Shown: positions 25,501-37,385 of the stretch, piece after piece | Layout: each line of letters opens with the position of its first letter | How positions within the stretch are numbered: the stretch's first letter is position 1 | Program-made: the position numbers and the translations under genes | DNA from: Macrostomum hystrix | Taxonomy: Eukaryota; Animalia; Platyhelminthes | DNA: 64,000 nt | Assembly (NCBI GenBank): GCA_950097015.1 | Contig: CATNEN010000007.1 | Coordinates: 248,001 to 312,000, forward strand | Direction: 5' to 3' | Notes under the pieces: generated by a model | The model's database searches: none | Seen by the model: the letters and a program-made list of their open reading frames with translations, nothing else | What the model was told of the DNA's origin: nothing

Positions 25501-28500
25501 TGCATCTTGCAGCGCCTCTGAGAAGGACATCATTCTGGACTATTTGGAGAAAAATGTTTCAAACATTTTAAAGAAAATTGAGCCGATGTAAGTTTCATAT
25601 TTGGCATGTTTAGATTCTTAGTAGTAAATATAGGAATTATGTTTTGTAGTTGTATCTCATACATGTCATATCGGGGCCGAATTTCCAAAGGATTCAAAAG
25701 TAAAGTCAGGCTGTTTGGTCAGCTCTGTGCTCTTATTCCTAGGTATCAGCTGCTGGTGGTTGTCTTCAAGGTTGTTTTTCAAGCACATACGAGTTGTTAT
25801 ACAATTAAACTCGGAGCTCTCATATCGTTGCTGCTTCATCCAGAATTACTGATTCCTTTTAAAATATTTTTAAGTCTTGTTACTGGGGTATTGTTAACTT
25901 TTTCCCAAGCTTTCTCTTTTGCGTAGCGTGTCTTTAAAAAGTTGAATTCGCTTAAAAACTTTATATTTATCATTGCAGATTTGTTTACAAAATTTTCGCC
26001 ATCTGCTTGGAAAAGTTGGTTTCTGAAGTAACTTGTGATCCATCGGCTGTATTTGATTTGCTGCCTGCGCTTCTAGAAAATCAAAGCCTCTGGATTTGGA
26101 TGACCAGCGATTGGCACCAGGATGTTTTGTCCCTCGCAGAGAATCTTCGTCAGCGAATATTTAGCAAAGTTCAGTGCTTGTTAGAACTCAGCAAAATGCT
26201 TTTTTGTGATGAACAGCAGGACGGCCTTTGTCTAGAGGAATTCAATAGATTCCTTTTCATCATGGCAAAGCCGGACAAAGCTCGTACATTGACAAACGAC
26301 AGTCCTGGAAGCTGCTTGTACGACACTTTCGATTTGTTGTTGCTTGCATTATTCGGCCGTAATTATGTTTCCTTGCAAGGTTCAGCAGATAGAGTGAAGT
26401 TACTTGAAGCCAATGTCCATGCCTTGAAGGAGCAGTCAAATATTGTTGAGGATACTTTAAGCTTTCTAGCCTTTGTCGCTCATGATGAAAAGAAAACGAA
26501 CATGCACCTGCCAGATTTCCTAGAGAAGCAATCAGTTTTTTCTTCTCTCAAGGAGCAGTTTGGTAAATCCGTTGGTTCGTTTAGGGGCGACACCTTGGTC
26601 TTTCAGATCTTCGGAAATATAGACTTGTCTCATATTATTGCTGTGAGGTCGCTTACGGGATCCTTGGTCTTCAAAAGAGTGCTCATCCGATGTAACTTAA
26701 AGCTATGTTCCCCAGAGCACCAGAAATCGGAAGTCGACTTTGACAAATATGTCGTCTGCGTTCCATGCCATTATTTAATTGATAAACTGCTTCCTGCTGC
26801 ACTTACCGCTTACAAGGAGATCATAACGTCACTTGAGACTGGCGCCATCACTATCAGCCAGGCGAAATTGAATCTTGGTATTGATGATGAAACGATATTT
26901 AATGACGATATCGAACGAAGAGCTGCAACGTCACTTGGAGTTTCTGAAGGTATCTTCCAGTTATTATTTCCCGTGAGTATTTTTTGTAAATTCTAAAGCA
27001 CACTTGCATTAACTATAGCTAATGCAAATAGTAGTGATTCTCTATCGGTACCGTATTGTCAATAACCTAGTCTATTAACCCACACAGTTACACACAGTTA
27101 CTTCTGCTTTTAGCTTGATTGACAGAAACATATTTTTACGTAAAAATAGACAAATTAATCTAGAAAAAATTGTAATATTTTATTTGCTTGGCTCTAAGAG
27201 AAACATTTTTATGATTACGCTCGTACACATGTAAATCTGCGTGTGTCGCACAAAACCTACTGCTCCTTTTGTGCACAATTCAGGTATCCTGGTTGACGAT
27301 GGAGGACTACCTAAAGCTGGATGAGCGTTGTAAATCTCTCTATGTAAGTGCAATAAAAGTAAATTCATATTTTGTCTGCACCGATTGCCGGAAATAACTA
27401 AACTTTCTTCTACTTCGAGCTTATGTGTCTATCTAATGAAGGTTCATTCACACCAACTTCAAACACGTCAAATACACGATTTTTATTCTTCTTGACTTTA
27501 ACTCTAAGTGATTTTAATTAAAAAAGCAAGTAAATGAACACAAAAACAAGTTCTTTGATGGCAGCGTGAACGAGCCTTAATGTTATAATATACAAAAATA
27601 CAAAATAGTAAAGTAACATACTGGGGTTGACAGTTTGCAGTGTCATATTGCAAATTTCAACCCAAGCAGTTAGCAGTGTGCGCTGTAATGTATTCTTTAA
27701 AGTTTACGTGCTCCTGTAATTCATTAAAATGATTAAACTAATCTTGCAACACTTCAATTAATCAATTATCTTTCTGTTATGAAAAAGTTGCATTTGTATT
27801 TGCAATCCAAAATAATTCTAAAAACTGTATTTTCCCACATCCTTACTATTGATAGCGGAATGAACTAAATACTTCGTATAATCCAATAAACACAATCTTT
27901 TCAGATCCCATTTGACTTCCGTCTGTTCATCGCAGACATCGTCAAGTTCATTGTGGAACAGGTTTCTTCTGGAAGAAAAGGCATTGCTGATGACCAGCCC
28001 TTCATCAAAGATCTTACAAACTCATTGCTTGAAGCCAAAATCGACACAACAGTTTCACTCATGTTGGCAAACCAAATTTTAAGCATAACTTACAAAATCA
28101 GACGCAAGATAAATTCATTAAAAGAGTTCTACACACTTTCATCGTGGAATCTGTTTGTCCTCAAGAATAAGATTGGAAACTTCCATTACAGCTATCAGTT
28201 GGAATGCCGACATCAATTGCTGCAAGTGGCAAGTATCAAAGAAATACAAGATCACCTGAGGCGATTTGGTCCAGCTGTTTCTTCACAAATAGAGAGAGCT
28301 CTGGCCAGTTGCTCTCGAATATCCGACACCATAGTTAAGTGTTGTTCGAAAAAGAACAGCGCGCCCCCAGATGGAACTGTGTGTGAGCTGCAGACTCGCA
28401 CTCTAAGCAAAGACCGCCTCGTGTGTTTTGACGCTCTGATGGAGCCGTACATCGATTCAGTAGTCGGAAAGTCTCAATTCTTCTGGCGAATTTTCGCTTC

Positions 28501-31500
28501 TCATGCTGTCTCTTTGGCTCTGGCTGACTCATCTGCGATTACTAGCAGCCGTGATGTGGCCGAATTCATTGATCAGTACTGTTCACTAGTTACAAAATGG
28601 CTCAAGGCTGTCACAGAAAATGATTCCAAAAAGACACTCGAAGCAAACGCTTCGGAGTTCAATTTTGTCGTGAAGCAAATGCTGAGCTCTCCATTTGCAG
28701 AGAAATTCTCTTTGAAGGCAGGCGGTGGCATACTTATGTGCCGCCTCTCACTCTTCGTTCAACGCAGATTCGCTCCTGAAAACAAGTCATTTTGGAAACC
28801 CGAAGAGGCCACTCTGCTTCTGAGCTTCCTACAGAAACCGGCATTGAAAGGCGTCAGTTCTCAAGCTCTCCGCTTCCTGGACTCATCACTGCCTTCCTTC
28901 TTGTGTCTCTGCTACTGCGCCAAAGTGCTGCATCCTTCAAATTCAGCAAATGATTTTGCAAAACTGGTGAAGGATCTCGGTTTTGTTGAGCGAGGAGGTG
29001 ACAAGTTCAGGACTGAGTTTTCTACAGCTCTTCTCAACTCCGGCTTGCTGCGAAGTATCAGCTGCAGCAACTTCGCAAGCACTGTATCCGCTGTGTTCAA
29101 CGATGCAGAGGATTTCAATGATGCACACATATTATTGGAAGAATTTATTACTATTAAGGAGGATGCGGTTGAAATCCTGAGTTCATTTGACTCGTGTGAA
29201 ATTGTGAGTCCTGCACTGAAGCAGTTCATTCATAGATTTGGAGCATCAATACTTTACAAGAAGCACCTGAGTGATTTGCAGACGGAGAGCTGGCAGCGGT
29301 TCTGTGACATCATGCAGAAGGCAAAGAAGTTGCAGTGTGTGGATGAGTCTGTCTGGCACGATGAGGTGCTCCCTGTCATTCGAAGGGCCATTATTGCATC
29401 TGTAAGCAACAGTAAGTTTGAGAATGACAGCTCTGTTCCCAATCGGCAGGCTCTCTGCGATCTGTTAGGTGTAAAGGGTTTCCTTGACCCGACACTTGCT
29501 GTAGACTTCTTGAGTATCATATTTTCTTCAAAGACTCATTGGCTAATTAAATTTTGCCTTGAAAAATTTGCTGGCACTTTTCTTAATTCTTTACTAAATG
29601 CTAAACATGATTGTAAGATAAATATTATGTGTCAGTTTATTCGACTAAGCTGTGACTACTTTCACAAGTCTGTGTGTGCCACAATCGCACCACTGGTTCA
29701 AGATTCTTCATGCGATTCTTTCAAAGCACTTTGCAAAGAGTCTGCGCATCTTGTCCTAAATGAAAAGCCATTGACTAGAAGTATTATTGAGACCAACGTG
29801 GAAGACGGAATGGCTGCAGGTCTCAGTGATATTGTGTTTGAAGTGTGTTTGGTTAAGCTTCGCGACAATGAAGGCAACGAAAAGCAAAAGGAAGACATTT
29901 TGAAGTTTTTGCAACACCCGAACAGTTCGTTTAGTAAAGATAATCATTCAAGGTATGTTTCGAAACTATATTGCCTCATACCTCATTTAACAATTTAACG
30001 TAATTATTTTTTGTTTTTGACTGTTAATAAAATACATATTGACATTTACATTTGAGTTAAAAAGGCAAAATTGATTTACCAAGTTTTTTTAATGGCAGGT
30101 CTCTTTGCCGGCTGCTCGGTCTCAGCCTCGACAATTTCCTATCTGTGCAGTTTCGGCAGCGCCAGCCAAACGTCTTTGAGCTCCTACCAGCATTGCTAGA
30201 GAAGCATTTCATGTGGATGTGGATGACCAACCACTCCGATCAAGCCACTGAAGATCTTGCAGAGGACGTCCGTCAACGCATGTTTTCAAAATTAAAGTGC
30301 GTCGTTGACTTTGCCCGAATGCTGTTCGGTTTTGAGGCTGGAAAGGCTTTGTCTTTGACTGAATTGCATGAATTCGTCTCCATCTTCGATAAGCTTGATA
30401 AAAGCCGAAAATTGTCGCGTGAAAACTTCGAGTCAAATCTATTCGACTACTTCGATCTGCTTCTTGAAGCCTTCTTTGTGAACTTTCACCGTAATTCGCA
30501 GACCAAAGTGGTCGTTCAAATCATGCAGGAAAGTGAAAAGAAGTGGATTGAGCAGTCGGCAGTCGTGGATCAAATTTTTGAGTTTCTGTCTTTAATTTCT
30601 GGCAGCAACTCACCGCTGAATCTGAAGCTGCTGGATCTGGATGAAAAGCAGACTCGATACCGGTCCTTACAAAAGCAGTTTAATGATGCCGTCAGTTCTG
30701 TTGGACGCGACGATTTAGTGTTCCAGATTTTTGAGATCAGAAGCGTGCGGAACCTGGAGTTGATGAAGTCGCTGGTCAAATCTGAGTTGTTCAGAAGAGT
30801 GTTTGTCCGATGCAACCCTTCTTCTGGAGCCTCGAGAAATTCATTAGAGACTAAAAATGCTCGAGCCACAGTACAGACTACACCAGTAGCTCTGATGAGT
30901 GTTCAATGCAATTACTTTCTGGGCAAAATGATGCCAGAAGCATTTTCCGCGTACAAAGAGCTCCTTAAGTCAGGACTTACATTCGAGGAAGTTCTTGCGC
31001 TGTTTGGCTTTGGTTGCAGTACCATCTATGATCTCGAGGCCGAAAGAAACGCGACGGCATATGCAAAGTTGGCAGCTGAAGATATTTCGCGACTTTTCAG
31101 GGTAATTGTTTGATTATTTGCTTTTCCTGGCTCCATCGTTATTATTTTGCATGGTGGTTATTTTTTCGAACGTGCAGTTACTGAGACGAGAGTCGATGTA
31201 CTCTGCTGAAACTAAGTTGGGCACGTAATTGGAAGGATATAGTGTTTGCATACGAATGTATTCATGCCTGAGCACTATATTTATTTATAGGGCTACGCAA
31301 TGAAAATGCGATGAATGTACGCATCCTAAAAAGAAAAAAGCCTTTGGATTGGGTCAGTGTTCAAGACAAGAGTAGAACCATGAATTATAAACAATTTAGC
31401 TTTCTCTTCAAATTAATTGTTGAATTAGAGAATAAATATATCAACCACCTACGTCTATCCTCATAAAGCCACATTTGCCTACGCCATTGTCCACCTGGCA

Positions 31501-34500
31501 TGCCGATTTATAAATTTCTGACTGGATCCAGGTTGCTAACTTAAAAGTACTATTTCGCAAATGATCATGACCATTGGCAAATGATACGGCACTGGGCATG
31601 AGCGATAGTTCGATCTTAGCAGTTTAAAAAAGTCTAGAGGGTTTGAATGTTAGCAATAAGTTATGCAGTTTTGAATGATACTCACAGACAAATTAAATTG
31701 TAGAGCTATATGGAAGTAAGTTATGTGGTTTTTACACGGTTAGTGTGGCGAATTTTTTACCTCGTACAGTAAGATGATGAGTTGTCTTTAGAAACTCTAT
31801 AACACAATCGAGCATTATTCGAAATAATTTTTAATCTAGCCATTTAGATCTGTCCCTCTTGTCTTCGTGGTTAGTATCCACTTGATAATTCCAAACTGAG
31901 AAAAGTAGAAACAGGCGAATTCGAGCGAGGCACAATGTCTAATTTACCGTTTACAATGAAGTATTGCTATAGCGCAAAGTAATGAAATTGCAATCCGGAA
32001 AGACTTAGGCTATGTGTTCCAAGCAGCCAAAAGCATTCAAAACCCAGCTGATCGTGTTGACGATCAAAAACTAGTTTTTGCAATAGTGACCACGAATATT
32101 ATGTACAACATAAAATTATGACTTTGATCTACAGTAATTCATTGTTTTAACTTTTGAGTTGCATCACATTTTTAGGATTCATGGTTGACGCTAGACCAAT
32201 TTGTTGCTCTTGATAAGGACAATCAGCGTCTATACGTGAGTATATAAATCGAAATGTGTGTGGTATAATGCTATACTTAAATGTTATAACTTTACGCATC
32301 TACCTAATTAGTGCTTTAGACTAATATTTTGATGTCGCCCTTCTTCAGCCTAACGCTCCTGAGGGCGGTACCGGCTCCCAATGGATAGAACTGGGGAGAA
32401 CCGGGTTTCATCCCTCTGCACTACTCCACCTCTGAGGACATTGGTAGCTCTAGATGTGACATAGTGGTCACGATCATAGGGACCAATTAGGGGGAAAAGA
32501 CCAGGGTCGTGAGAAGGTAGGACCTGCTAGGCAGGGCTGCCACCAGCCACTTACGGGACAGCACAACCAACTGACCCTGACGAAACGGGGCTTCAGTTCT
32601 AAAAGAGAAGTGCTTTTGGCTCACCCCAAGGCCTATGGCCTGAAATAGGGATCCGATGTGTTAGACATGTGTTCACAGGGAGTTGACGTTCCAACAAGAG
32701 AGAGGACTTCTTAGGGATGCAGCTAAGAAAGAGGGCCCGACCCAAGGTTAAGAATGCCCGGATAGAGACAGCCTATAAGCTCTTACTAGGATTCAGTATT
32801 TACTCCTAAACACCAGTCTCCAGCAATGCAAGAGCAGGTTCAGGATCGGCTTCTATGTATCCTCGTGTGCAGGGACTACCTAACCCTAAGAATACATTAG
32901 AATTTCATTAGCATTACATTAGGCTCACATTAGGACATACTGTATTAATATGATGTACATTCGCGCTTGGATCTCAAGGCGACCAAGCCATCTATATATT
33001 ATCGATGGACTGATTAGTTCATGCTCTCATTCTTCGGCTCTGTGTGTTAGATTTGACTCATTCTGATCAGTTCATGCTCTCATTCTTCGGCTCTGTGTGT
33101 TAGATTTGACTCATTCTGGTCAGTTTATGCTCTCATTCTTCGGCTCTGTGTGTTAGATTTGACTCATTCTGATCAGTTCATGCTCTCATTCTTCGGCTCT
33201 GTGTGTTAGATTTGACTCATTCTGGTCAGTTTATGCTCTCATTCTTCGGCTCTGTGTGTTAGATTTGACTCATTCTGATCAGTTTATGCTCTCATTCTTC
33301 GGCTCTGTGTGTTAGATTTGACTCATTCTGGTCAGTTTATGCTCTCATTCTTCGGCTCTGTGTGTTAGATTTGACTCATTCTGGTCAGTTCATGCTCTCA
33401 TTCTTCGGCTCTGTGTGTTAGATTTGACTCATTTGAAACCTGTACCCCCTTAGGTGGCCTTCGAATTCCGTCTGTTCATCGCAGACATCGTCAAGTACAT
33501 TGTGGAACAGGTTTCTTCTGGAAGAAAAGGCATTGCTGATGACCAGCCCTTCATCAAAGATCTTACAAACTCATTGCTTGAAGCCAAAATCGACACAACA
33601 GTTTCACTCATGTTGGCAAACCAAATTTTAAGCATAACTTACAAAATCAGACGCAAGATAAATTCATTAAAAGAGTTCTACACACTTCCATCGTGGAATC
33701 TGTTTATCCCAAAGGAAAAAGTTGGAACCTTCCATTACAGCTATCAGTTGGAATGCCGACATCAATTGCTGCAAGTGGCAAGTATCAAACAAATACAAGA
33801 TCACATGAGGCGATTTGGTCCAGCTGTTTCTTCACAAATAGAGAGAGCTCTAAATAGTAGCTCTCGAATATCCGACACCATAGTTAAGTGTTGTTCGAAA
33901 AAGAACAGCGCGCCCCCAGATGGAACTGTGTGTGAGCTGCAGACTCGCACTCTAAGCAAAGACCGCCTCGTGTGTTTTGACGCTCTGATGGAGCCGTACA
34001 TCGATTCAGTAGTCGGAAAGTCTCAATTCTTCTGGCGAATTTTCGCTTCTCATGCTGTCTCTTTGGCTCTGGCTGACTCATCTGCGATTACTAGCAGCCG
34101 TGATGTGGCCGAATTCATTGATCAGTGCTACTGTTCGCTAGTTACAAAATGGCTCAAGGCTGTCACAGAAAATGATTCCAAAAATACACTCGAAGCAAAC
34201 GCTTCGGAGTTCAATTTTGTCGTGAAGCGAATTCTGAGCTCTCCATTCGCAGAGAAATTCTCTGCGAAGGCAGGCGGTGGCATACTTATGTGCCGCCTCT
34301 CACTCTTCGTTCAACGCAGATTCGCTCCTGAAAACAAGTCATTTTGGAAACCCGAAGAGGCCACTCTGCTTCTGAGCTTCCTACAGAAACCGGCATTGAA
34401 AGGCGTCAGTTCTCAAGCTCTCCGCTTCCTGGACTCATCACTGCCTTCCTTCTTGTGTCTCTGCTACTGCGCCAAAGTGCTGCATCCTTCAAATTCAGCA

Positions 34501-37385
34501 AATGATTTTGCAAAACTGGTGAAGGATCTCGGTTTTGTTGAGCGAGGAGGTGACAAGTTCAGGACTGAGTTTTCTACAGCTCTTCTCAACTCCGGCTTGC
34601 TGCGAAGTATCAGCTGCAGCAACTTCGCAAGCACTGTATCCGCTGTGTTCAACGATGCCGCCGTTTTCACTGATGCACAAAAATTGATTGAAGAATTTAT
34701 TACTATCAAGAAGGATGCGGTCGAAATCCTGAGCTCATTTGACTCGTGTGAAATTGTGAGTCCTTCACTAAAGCAATTCGTCCATAGCTTTGGAGCATCG
34801 ATACTTTACAAGAAGCACCTGAGTGATTTGCAGACGGAGTGCTGGCAGCGGTTCTGCGACATCATGCCGAAGGCAAAGAAGTTGCAGTGTGTGGATGAGT
34901 CTGTCTGGCACGATGAGGTGCTCCCTGTCATTCGAAGGGCCATAATTGCACCTGTAAGCAACAGTAAGTTTGAGAATGACAGCTCTGTTCCCAATCGGGA
35001 GGCTCTCTGCGATCTGTTAAATTTAAGGGGTTTGCTTGATACGAAACTTGCTGTAGACTTCTTGAGTATCATATTTTCTTCAAAGACTCATTGGCTAATT
35101 AAGTTTTGCCTTGAAAAATTTGCTGGCACCTTCCTTAATTCTTTACTAAATGCTAAAGATGATTGTAAGATGAATATATTCTGTCAGTTTATTCGACTAA
35201 GCTGTGACTACTTTCACAAGTCTGTGTGTTCCACAATCGCACCACTGGTTCAAGATTCTTCATGCGATTCTTTCAAAGCACTTTGCAAAGAATCTGCGCA
35301 TCTTGTCCTAAATGAAAAGCCATTGACTAGAAGTATTATTGAGACCAACGTGGAAGACGGAATGGCTGCAGGTCTCAGTGATATTGTGTTTGAAGTGTGT
35401 TTGGTTAAGCTTCGCGACAATGAAGGCAACGAAAAGCAAAAGGAAGACATTTTGAAGTTTTTGCAACACCCGAACAGTTCGTTTAGTAAAGATAATCATT
35501 CAAGGTATGTTTCGAAACTATATTGCCTCATACCTCATTTAACAATTTAACGTAATTATTTTTTGTTTTTGACTGTTAATAAAATACATATTGACATTTA
35601 CATTTGAGTTAAAAAGGCAAAATTGATTTACCAAGTTTTTTTAATGGCAGGTCTCTTTGCCAGCTGCTCGGTCTCAGCCTCGACAATTTCCTATCTGTGC
35701 AGTTTCGGCAGCGCCAGCCAAACGTCTTTGAGCTCCTACCAGCATTGCTAGAGAAGCATTTCATGTGGATGTGGATGACTAACCACTCAGATCCTGCCAC
35801 TGAAGCTCTTGCAGAGGACGTCCGTCAACGCATGTTTTCAAAATTAAAGTGCATTGTTGACTTTGCCCGAATGCTGTTCGGTTTTGAGGCTGGAAAGGCT
35901 TTGTCTTTGACTGAATTGCATGAATTCGTCTCCATCTTCGATAAGCTTGATAAAAGCCGAAAATTGTCGCGTGAAAACTTCGAGTCAAATCTATTCGACT
36001 ACTTCGATCTGCTTCTTGAAGCCTTCTTTGTTAACTTTCACCGTAATTCGCAGACCAAAGTGGTCGTTAAAATCATGCAGGAAAATGAAAAGAAGTGGAT
36101 TGAGCAGTCAGCAGTCGTGGATCAAATTTTTGAGTTTCTGTCTTTAATTTCTGGCAGCAACTCACCGTTGAATCTGAAGCTGCTGGATCTGGAAGAAAAG
36201 CAGGCTCGATACCGGTCCTTACAAAATCAGTTTAATGATGCCGTCAGTTCTGTCGGAACCGACGATTTAGTGTTCCAGATTTTTGAGATCAGAAACGTGC
36301 GGAACCTTGAGTTGATGAAGTCATTGGTAAAGTCTGAGTTGTTCAGAAGAGTTTTTGTCCGATTCAATCCGTCTACTGGTGGCTCGAGAAATTTATTTGA
36401 TACTGAAGTCCATCAATCTGCTGTACAAAAGAGACCTGGAGCTCTTATCAGTATTCAGTGCAACTATGTGCTTGACAAAATGTTGCCTGACGCTTGCGCC
36501 GCGTACAAAGAATTTTGGATTGCAGTGGAAGAAGGGAGCTTACAGTTAGAAAAGATTAAAGTATATATTTCAGACGAGTCAAAAATAGACTTATCACTGG
36601 AGCACGAAATTTTGTCCAACTTAGCCATATCTAGCACCGTTGTTGCAAAACTTTACAGTGTCCAGTTACATAAAATGTGGCGTAGCCGGGTCGAAGTGCT
36701 TCAGTTCTTTCTCACTGAGTTCTTTGATCTCAATGCAGCTTCGACCAACTCGCCTGAAAACTCATATGCCTCAGCTGATGATACCGTGTCTGATGACGAA
36801 AATACAGAGAAAGCGTCAGGTTTCTGTACTGAAGCTCTTACAAACCACGAGGATGCAACTGCATTAATCGAAGAGTTTTTGAGTCTCTGCGAGCGCACAA
36901 CCCTACTCAGCGAATACCTGGAAGTTTTTAACGATGTGTCTGGTGCTTTTGGTTGTGTAGATTCGAATGTATGGGAAGTGCTGGCCATTATGTATGAGAG
37001 TAGACAGGAGACTCTACCTTTTCTGAGAGAGCAGCAGTCATCAGACTTTCAACAGTTGCTTGATAACACGGACGATACGATTGCACAAGATCTAAGCCTA
37101 TCTGTAATCAATTCATTGATTTCGCTACAACAAGCCCTTCGAAGCTTTTTGTCATCAGGACCGAAAGTTTCTGTAAAAGAAATAGAAGAATCAGTTCTGC
37201 TGTCACTGAAGTACTTCGTGGCTGCGGATGGAGAAGTTAATATTCAAAATGAAGTCGGCGAGCGACAGAAAGCTGCTAAGAACCTGATTGATCGTATTAA
37301 GGAATGTAGCAGTCACATAAACTCGATCAAGACTCTTCATGCTAGTATGGGTTCTCGTGGTGAGACATCTAAAATTCTTACGTAG
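21846..37385 (+). CDS. Giant multi-exon RNF213-like N-terminal/stalk protein with triplicated module (~3,540 codons, 5' incomplete)
   Basis: Exons 21846-22278, 22373-22544, 23357-23413, 23573-25587, 25979-26972, 27284-27343, 27905-29952, 30099-31101, 32176-32235, 33454-35504, 35651-37385. All GT-AG with compatible phases, 10,628 nt plus 1 upstream base. Stalk-like motifs AYKEFWIAVEEGSLQLEKIKVYI, LETGAITISQAK and INSIKTLHASMGSRGETSK. Start exon not found. Confidence 0.65.
23357..26972 (+). CDS. Module A (57-nt micro-exon + 2015-nt + 994-nt exons)
   Basis: SWLLEEEYAKLSQTAQSSY | VAFEFRLFCADIV... | ...FVYKIFAICLEKLV...LLFP; a diverged paralog of modules B and C. Confidence 0.8.
27284..31101 (+). 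CDS. Module B (60-nt + 2048-nt + 1003-nt exons)
   Basis: VSWLTMEDYLKLDERCKSLY | IPFDFRLFIADIV... | ...SLCRLLGLSLDNF...RLFR; phases 0/2/0. Confidence 0.85.
32176..37385 (+). CDS. Module C (60-nt + 2051-nt + 1735-nt exons)
   Basis: DSWLTLDQFVALDKDNQRLY | VAFEFRLFIADIV... | extended last exon ending GETSKILT*. Near-identical to B over the large exon, the 146-nt intron and the start of the last exon. Confidence 0.85.
33012..33433. repeat. 53-bp minisatellite abutting the module C acceptor
   Basis: Unit gatcagttcatgctctcattcttcggctctgtgtgttagatttgactcattct, about 8 copies. Confidence 0.95.

Noticed and set aside
31178-31224. Possible extra small exon after cassette B
   Set aside because: The 47-nt AG...GT segment would shift the frame and has no clear homolog after cassette A.
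32340-32900. GC-richer island in the intron before cassette C
   Set aside because: Possibly a retroelement fragment, but no ORF, TIR, TSD or second copy supports a call.
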